A stretch of 64,000 nt of DNA from Octopus vulgaris (Eukaryota), in NCBI GenBank assembly GCA_951406725.2, contig OX597823.1:85064001-85128000 (forward strand), given 5' to 3'. A program made the position numbers and the translations under genes. The notes under the pieces are model-generated. The model was not told the origin of the DNA and did not search any database. It was given only the letters and a program-made list of their open reading frames with translations. Every line of letters begins with the position of its first letter. Position 1 is the first letter of the stretch. This document shows, in pieces, positions 54,008 to 64,000 of this stretch.

Positions 54008-54230
54008 ACGCGGGTAGGCTGAAAACTTCCTGGTTTCAGGTAAAAGCAAATACTGGAGGATGAGTTAATTGTGATTTTATTCAACATAATCCCCTCTCAG
54101 ATTCACAAACATATTGTAGCGGTCCTTCAGTTTTTCTAAGCCTTGTAAAAAAACACGGAAGGTTGGGCTTCCAGACAGGCCTTTTGCTATACACTTCAAT
54201 CGAGGAATTTTGCAGCCCCGTCTCACTTAC
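54008..54230 (-). mobile_element. mariner 3' fragment / non-autonomous derivative
   Basis: Minus frame [25 protein letters not shown] (typical mariner C-terminus), terminus ttttcagcctacccgcg|ta. Confidence 0.7.
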
Positions 54231-54279
54231 AAACACACTCAGATACATCCATATATGTATATGTATTATGTGTATATAT

Positions 54280-54376
<97 letters not shown>

Positions 54377-54397
54377 AAAATACATATATATGTATGC

Positions 54398-54465
<68 letters not shown>

Positions 54466-55012
54466 TATATATATATACATACGTATACATACCCGCACAC
54501 GAGCGTGTGTGCATGTATATTTGCGTACGTGCACACAAACACACAAATCTTTATATACCTGTACACACATATACACGTACAACAGGAACAACAAAAGAAT
54601 AATTCGCATCACAAAAACAACCACACCAGAAAAAATATGCACAAAATCTTATAAAACACCCTCTATCAAGACTATAACTCATTTAATTATTAGAAAGGAA
54701 ATTATGAAATATTGTACACACGTAAATGATCAGAGAAGCCATTTTCCTTCTTAGAAATATTTATTAGCTTCTATTAGCGTTTTCAAAATTATTTGTTTTT
54801 TTATTATAAATCACATAAATAGCAGTAACAGTTTAATTTAAACAAATAGCAAAAAATACATTGGTGTATTTTACATGAAATCCTTAAGCTATTATATATC
54901 ATATATTAGGAATGCAAATATTTCTTCCTTACCTATAATTTGCTTTCAGCTTTTTGTTTCTATTGGTATTTATTGAACAGCTATTTTGCTGTCTCACATA
55001 AAAATATTGGGA

Positions 55013-55014
55013 TC

Positions 55015-55075
<61 letters not shown>

Positions 55076-55223
55076 GTCTGACTGATTGACTGTCTGTCTG
55101 TCTTCTGTCTGTCTGTCTGTCTATCTATCTGCCTGATTATCTATCTATCTATCTATCTGTCTGTCTGACTGTACGTCTGTCTATCTTTCTTCTGTCTGTC
55201 TGTCTAATCTATCTTTCTGCCTG

Positions 55224-55286
<63 letters not shown>

Positions 55287-55365
55287 GTCTGTCTGTCTGT
55301 CTGTCTGTCTGTCAATCTATCTATCTCTCTCTATATATATCTATCTCTATATATCTCTCTATATA
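55013..55365. repeat. (TATC)n/(TGTC)n microsatellite
   Basis: Direct inspection. Confidence 0.9.
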
Positions 55366-55989
55366 TACCATACGTACGTATACATAACGACCATGCTACC
55401 AACACATGCAAATACTCTCCTGCATTGACATAGACAACTGCTCACATATACGGAAATATTTGTTTGTGAGTGTCTTGAACGGCGACTAAAAATGTTTGAG
55501 AGAATTGCTTTCACTGCGACCGCGTAAAACTCTCACTAGTAACGATTACCCAAAGGGACCCATGGATTGGATAGTTGGAGGGTTGTCGCATGGGTAGTGC
55601 AAACGTGTCATCCGCCAGGAGTAGGGAATCAAAGCTCTGTTACAGTATGCCCCCACGCTACTACTGCTACAAACATTTTTCAAGAATGGATTGATGTAAT
55701 GGTATTTGGTCAACGGTCTTAGAAAGCATAAATATTGCTTTCAAATTTTGGCACAACTCCAGCAATGTCGGTGGAGAGTATTACATCGACTCCAGTGTTT
55801 AAGTGGTACTCATTTAATTAACTCCGAAAGTATGAAAGGCAATGCAAACCTCGGCGGATTTTGAACTTAGAACGTGAAGTCGGATAAAACATCTTTAAGA
55901 TGTCATATCGCCCGGCGTGCTAACGATTATACTGACCCACCCCGGTTTTTATACGGCATACATATTAAAATTGGAATCGAGAAGTTAGC

Positions 55990-56625
55990 TGTCATGGCAG
56001 ACTGGAAGCCATCTGAAAAATTGGAAAAAAGGAATTACCTGTATGATGATAGTTCCCACCAGGTGTCAAAATCCATACATCATGGCTGATGCTGAATGCT
56101 CTGTGCACTACATAAAAGCCGTGGCATGGAGAATTGTGAGATGGAGAGCTGCTAGGGGGACGACGACAAAACTGTCGAAGTGTAGGTGTGCTGACTGCGT
56201 CCACACGCCGACATACTTCCAACAACTGACGAACTAAACCTTAGGTTCAATTCAGATGTTTGTGGGGAGCTGTCGGAGACTGTGGTCAAAACTGGTTGGA
56301 GACGGTTGCTGATAGAAGCCCGTATATGCGCCGGCAGAATTTAACCCTTTACCATACCTCCAGAAAGAGTAAGAAGTGGTTGTCGGTGAATGTATACGAC
56401 TTCACCAACCCCAATTTCTGGCATCTTAATTTCTCCGATTGTAATCGCATGGATGACTATCTATTGGGTGCGGTTGAGAAAGGTAACAACCACACTGACT
56501 GCAACACCAAGACATACCTGGTGGCCAAGGTGATCGAAAATCTTCCCCGTGAGGAACGCATGCAACTGGTTCCGGATGCGTCTTGAGGCTGTGGTGGAAA
56601 CTGATGCGCTACTTCGAGTAAACTG
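55990..56625 (+). mobile_element. Tc1/mariner superfamily relic (DDD, maT/DD37D-like)
   Basis: ORF 56260-56586 reads YHTSRKSKKWL...PNFWHLNFSDCNRMDDYLLGAVE, matching the WPPNSPDCNPLDY motif. Same family as 45695-46375. Confidence 0.65.
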
Positions 56626-57241
56626 TTATTTCGAAGCCTTAATCTATTTGATACTCTGATTTTTTAAAGGGAAAACTTTTATTTTGAGTATGACAAATCT
56701 AGTTCAAACACTCACCATATATCTGTAAGTGTGTTTGTGTTTCTGTTTGTCCGCATTACTGCTTGACAGCCGGTGTTGGTTTGCTTACATTCCCGTAATT
56801 GGCGCTTCGGAAAATAATATATATGAATGTATGTATGTATGTATGTATGTATCTATCTATGTATATAAATCTAAATTATATATATGTACCTATATATGTA
56901 AACATATGTATATATGTGTATATATAAATGTCCGTGTTAATGCGTGTTCACACACACGTACACACATAATCATAATCACACACGCATACGCACACATATA
57001 TTTACTCACTCTCACACGCCCGCGCGCACGCGCACACACACACAACAAGCTCATATATATATATATATGTACATACACATCATATATATATATGATGTGT
57101 GTGGATGTATTTACATATGGCTCATCGCTTTTCACTTTCGTTGAACATCTGCTTGTCTGTGTGACGTTCTCTGTCTACCTCCCTATTTTCCTCCTCCTCT
57201 TGTTGTTTCTATGTATATATATATATACATACACTCAAACC

Positions 57242-57311
<70 letters not shown>

Positions 57312-58619
57312 AACATGCATATCCACGTCGACACATCCATATATGTGTGTACATGTTTGTGTGTTTGTATTAGCGTTTCGGCATGTGTGTATATATCTAC
57401 CCTTCTCGAACATCCCTATCTATCCATCTAATATGGTATCATCAATCCATTAAATACTTCCTGAATACATTAAACGTAGAACCGAATAAAAATGGTATTA
57501 TACGTTATCATGAATTATTCATCTGCTCGTTCTTGCTGATATGCAAGGAGTTGTGTAATGTGGAACGATATAGAAATATGATAGCAGAATATAAAGAGAA
57601 AAATTTGATGCAAGACAAATTGAAACAAGTAGGGATATAGTGATAATAATAGTGATAATGATATCAATAATAATTATCAGTAAAATATTTCTCTTTATAT
57701 TTGTTCGTATTTTGTAACGTTTCTTTCCAAAAATTTTTCTTCTTTTTCTTGTGTGATTATTTTCCGTTTTTCGCATTTTATTTGACTTTGATAAACGAGA
57801 CAAGGTGAGTTTAGTTAACTTCATGAAATAATTCAATTTTTGAAGAATTTCAGATGAATTTTCGTTCTTTTTTTTTTCTTTCTGAATCAAATTTCTCTTG
57901 ATTTCTTTTATAATTTTGGAATATTTACGTTTCTATTAGCAATCAAAGCGGATAATGTATCTTCCATTATACTGGATGCGCTGGTTAGTTTGAGTAAGAA
58001 AGGAAGAAGGAATAAAGTAAAGTATATATAAGAATAATTATGACTGAAACGTGTACTGTACCGAAAGAATAATAGAGAGAAAAGATTGAATAATATAGGA
58101 AAATGAAAGAGAGGGATTAATGTGTGTACATTAATCTCTCTCTTTCATCAGTGTATCTGTGCTTGTGTATATATGCATAAGTATATGTAGATGTGTATGT
58201 ATGTGTGTGTGTGTATGTTGATGTGTGGTTGTAGATAGTTACAATGATTGATTGATAGATATGCTTATATGAATATATTTGTACATTTACACGTATAAAC
58301 AAATATATGCATATATATGCATGTATGTATATATATATAAGTGTGTGTGTGTTTGTATTTTATACCTCTCCATTCATACGTACAAATATATATATACATA
58401 TATATGTGTATGGATGTATATATGAGTGCGTGTATTTACATGTGTGTAAAGTTTCATTCGTACATACGTATATATATATATATATATATATATAATGCAT
58501 ACATATGTGTGTGTGTGTTTATAATAAGCATACATACGTTAATAAATATATCCATATATATGCATTTATATATAATCACACACATGTACATAAAAACCAG
58601 TGCATATGTATACACATAC

Positions 58620-58664
<45 letters not shown>

Positions 58665-59634
58665 CATTTATATAAGGAAGAACAGTCAGAAAGAGAGAGT
58701 ATGGGGAGAGAGAATGAGGGAGGGAGAGAGAAAGAAAAGGAAAGGGTGGGGAAAGAATAGAGTTGTGGAAAGACAGATGTTGAAAGAAAATATAATGGTT
58801 TGTTAAAAGTATGAGTGATAGAGATGTAGAGGCATAATAAATTAATTGAGAAAATATCAATAGAAAAATGACGATAATATATATCATATCGAGATGGATG
58901 GTGGTGGATGGAAGGCCTAAAGGACTTCAATTCTTATCTTCAATTTGAAATAAGTATTTCGTTTTAAAGTCTGAAAACAGAGATTTCACATTTAAGATAA
59001 GAAAAAAAAAAGCAAAGAAATAAACAAGCAAGAAATAATAATAATAATAATAAATAAAACACTGTGTTGTAGATGTCTAAGACAAACGAAAGTGAAGATT
59101 TAATGAATTGTCTTGAATTTAAATAGTCTCATTATATATATAGATGGAATTGAGTGTGAAAGATACTTCAGTGAAGAAACTGAGATATTTCAATTGTGAA
59201 GTTCAATGTTGTGCGAAGGAGCTTTCATAGATGATCCTATAGTGGAGAGAAAGAAAATATTTACACACGTGAGCTGACGTTCATTAAACAGCTATTTAGC
59301 TTAATTGTTAATTATTGAGTGCGTCTTTCTTTTTTTGTCGCCCTCCATCTCTTATTTATTTCATTTAGATTTATTTCTTGGTGTTATTTTTACTTATTGA
59401 TCGATTTTGCAGCTTATTTTTATTTGAAATTTTATTTCATACTCAAGAAGATAACTTACGTCAAAGATTTTAGGGAATATTTCCTATATATATATTATTT
59501 TCTTTTGCTGGTGTTATATTCAATGTTTCGACTAATATTAACGACATATAAAAATACACACACATATATATACATACACAATACCTTTCTATTTATCTAT
59601 CTATCTATCTATCCCTTTCGATATATATTTATAA

Positions 59635-59674
<40 letters not shown>

Positions 59675-60340
59675 ACACACACACACACACACACACACAT
59701 ACACACACGCACATATATATATATATATATATACATATAGATACACATATATGTGTGTGTGTATATATGTGCGTACGTGAGTCTGTGTGTGTGCGTTTGT
59801 GTGCGTGCGTACGTGTCTGCCTTTGTGCGTGTGTGTGTATGTGTGTGTGTGTTTGTGTGCGTGTGTGCGAGTGTGTGTTTGCCTCTGTGTGACTGTGTGT
59901 CTGAGTACGTGTGCGCATGAGTGCTCGAATATCAAACATTATTTTAAATAATTTAGAAAACACAGCCTGAAGACGCTGCTTTGTCCTCTACATACATGAC
60001 AAAAATTAAAACCTTTAAATATGTGTCAAAAATACACAACACCCCTAAAACAAGCGAGTTGTAAAATTCCACTTAGGTATACATTACTAAATATAAAGAA
60101 AAAAAATATCAATATAAAATAGCTGAGGTTAAATAAATATCATTCGAGAAGGATTTATTTCTTGGTTATTTATGAACGTTCATTAGAAATGCAGGAAATT
60201 GTGATCAAATATGTTTGCTTTTATGGATGAAAACGAAATTTCTAGACTGTTGTACAGATTGCTTCTATTAAAATTATTTATATATTTATACATTTATATA
60301 TGTACAACTATATACATTTATAAATATATATATACATCTA

Positions 60341-61352
<1,012 letters not shown>

Positions 61353-61366
61353 TATCTATCTATCTG

Positions 61367-61424
<58 letters not shown>

Positions 61425-61454
61425 AGTCTGTTTGTCTGTCTGTCTATCTGCTAT

Positions 61455-61693
61455 CGTAGTCTTTTCCGTAGGTTTTTCTTTCCACGGATAAACCTTATCT
61501 GTTTCCCCCTTTACACTTTACATCATGATATTTCTGTGATACATGATCCTTATTGACCGTTTTGTTTTTCTTTTTGTACGATTTATTTTGATCGAAAACC
61601 TACTCCCACCTTTTTTGTTTCTCCCCAAAAAGAAAAGTTTTCTTCGTAATTTTTCCCCTCTGTACTCAGCCCTGTGTGGCTAATAAAGAAACA
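61455..61693 (+). mobile_element. Second L1/Tx1-type 3' UTR fragment
   Basis: gtcttttccgtaggtttttctttccacggataaacc ... cagccctgtgtggctaataaagaaaca, flanked by (TATC)n. Confidence 0.85.
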
Positions 61694-61696
61694 TAT

Positions 61697-61766
<70 letters not shown>

Positions 61767-61780
61767 CTCTCTCCATCTGT

Positions 61781-62341
61781 GGGAAGGAAGAGCCATTTTC
61801 ATCGTACTTGTGGGCATGGCGAAAGAATGTGTATGGTGTGTATGTGTATGGTGGAGGCGTCTGAAAGATCTAGAGACAAACAATTTCCTCTCTGGTCATT
61901 CTCTCGATAACTTCTTCAAGTATTACTTGAAGATGAAGTTGAGAGAAGAGAGGGACGTTTTGTGTAGTGAATGTTTCAAAAAAAGATGAGTGAATATAGC
62001 AAAGATGGCACGTGTGAATGACGGAACCACCTTCAGCATAATCCTATAAACCGAAAAAAAGAAAAGAAAGTTTTTTGTTTTGTTTGACACTATTGCCTAA
62101 GGTTCCCGTGGTCTTTTCCATAGGCTTTTCTTTCCATGGATAAACCTGATATGTTTTCCCTTTTACATTGACATTTCTGCGATATACGATCCCTATTCAT
62201 CGGCCCCCTCCTTTTTTTTTTTTTCCTTTTGATCGGAATTCGACCCACTTTTTTTTCTTCTCTGCTTCTTCCCAAAAAGAAAAGCTCTACTTTGTATTTT
62301 GTTCCCTCTGTGTTCAGTCCTATCTGGCCAATAAAGAAACA
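61781..62341 (+). mobile_element. Third L1/Tx1-type 3' fragment, more diverged
   Basis: Collinear with 60739-61352 but has a stop codon (gatgagtg vs gatgggtg) and an insertion. Ends ggccaataaagaaaca, followed by TATC/TTTC repeats. Confidence 0.85.
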
Positions 62342-62362
62342 TATCTCCCCATTTGTCTGTCC

Positions 62363-62442
<80 letters not shown>

Positions 62443-62472
62443 ATCTATCTATCTATCTATCTATCTACCTAC

Positions 62473-62557
<85 letters not shown>

Positions 62558-62641
62558 CATCTATCTATGTATTTATATATTTATCTATCAACTAACACAT
62601 AGACAAACGCACAAACACACACATACGCATGCATGCGTATA

Positions 62642-63045
62642 GGTGCAGGCGTAACTATGTGCTAAGAAGTTTGCTTCACAACCACGTGGTTTCAGGTTCA
62701 TTCCCACTGCGTGGAACCATGAAAAGTGTCTGCTACTATATCCTTGGCTCGTTAAACAGTAGCTGAAAGAAGCCCGCTATATGTATATATATTTGTGTGT
62801 ATGTGTGTGAGTGCGTTTGTGTGTGTTTGTGTATATGTGTTTGTTTATATGTTTATTCCCCAGCAGCATTTGACAACAGGTTTTGTTGTATTTACGTTCC
62901 CGTAACTATGCGGTTCAGAAAAAGAAATGACAGAGTAAATACCTGTTTTTACGAAAACTTAACACTGGTTTTTACAAAAAAAAGTACTAAGATGCCCAAG
63001 TATGGCCGCAGTTAGATGACTGAGACTAGTAAAAGATAAAAGATA
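62642..63045 (+). mobile_element. SINE family B, degenerate full length
   Basis: ggtgcaggcgtaactatgtgctaagaagtttgc...ggttcattcccactgcgtgg ... gatgactgagactagtaaaagataaaag. Confidence 0.75.
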
Positions 63046-64000
63046 CATTTATCATTAAGTTGAATGATCACACAATAGTTTAATTTTCTCAAGGAATAGT
63101 GTGACATCTTGATGAGTGGTAATAAGCCGGAACGCGGTAGTCAGGATCAAGCATTTTCCTGTTGTAGTTATGTTATATATATATTCAAACTTATATTCAT
63201 ACAAAGATATATATTATATATTGTATAATACTCTATTGAATTATAACATCTCATATTATTATTACATTAGGCGTAGGAGTGGCTGTGTGGTTAGTAGCTT
63301 GCTTACCAAGTAGCCTGCATACTTCCCATAAGTCTTTGTTGTCAGTGTGCGCATGTGTCAGTGTGTTGTGCACTGAGGAAGAGGGCCAGCAGTGTTTAGC
63401 CTGCCAAAAGAAGCTGCTGCTTGATAAGGCTTTTCTCTTGGACCCAGTGAGGGTCGTTGTCTGTGCTTATATATTTTACAAACAGGGAATCCTCACTGGG
63501 TTCGGGATGTTTGTCTGCTTGCGGTTCAGCAACATGGACCATAGTAAATTAATTTTTTTTTCTCATTGTGAGAAGTACATGGTGGGCGTATCCTTTAACC
63601 AAAAATTGTTCACTTTTTAACAGTGTATGTTTTACAACATTTACCATTATTGAAAAATTGTATTTCAAGTGTTCAGATGAAGTGAAATTTTTTTCTCATT
63701 GCTAGAAATATAGTTTGGTGACATTTACTACTACCAAAAGTCGTTCGCTGTTTGTGAATAGTGTGCATTTTACAACTACGTTGGAAAGCTGTATTCAACT
63801 GGAGCAGTCCAGGTTCTAATTGGAGTACCATAAGGGCTTGGAGTACCTGAATGCCCAGAATATTTTTGCTGTGTTTGTTTTTAACTATTGTTTTCTTCTT
63901 CTATCGTGACTTTTTATTGAACTGTTTGCTTTATTTTTCTTCTTCCTCTTTGCTTTCTTTTGAATTCTCTATCTCCTTTTTTGTGAAATATTGTTCTGGA

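Overview
AT-rich, repeat-saturated animal genomic DNA. The repeat vocabulary suggests an octopus or other coleoid cephalopod (inference, not confirmed). I found no credible host protein-coding exon, rRNA, tRNA gene or CRISPR array, and almost all listed ORFs are translations of microsatellites or SINEs. The window contains three tRNA-derived SINE families (called A, B and C here), a decayed full-length Tc1, mariner and DDD (maT-like) relics, several MITEs, a non-autonomous Helitron, RTE-clade LINE fragments, three 3' ends of an L1/Tx1-type LINE stacked in a (TATC)n array, and a ~1 kb tandem duplication. The most notable observations are: (1) a Penelope/retrozyme-like inverted-repeat unit at 23.4-24.1 kb carrying two copies of a minimal hammerhead ribozyme with a compensatory U3-A8 core; (2) SINE-A tail A shares a 42-nt 3' end with the Tx1-like LINE; (3) SINE-A forms head-(core-tailA)n-core-tail multimers with a fixed junction; (4) the Tx1-like LINE appears to target (TATC)n; (5) SINE modules are shuffled combinatorially. 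Coordinates of degenerate copies are approximate.
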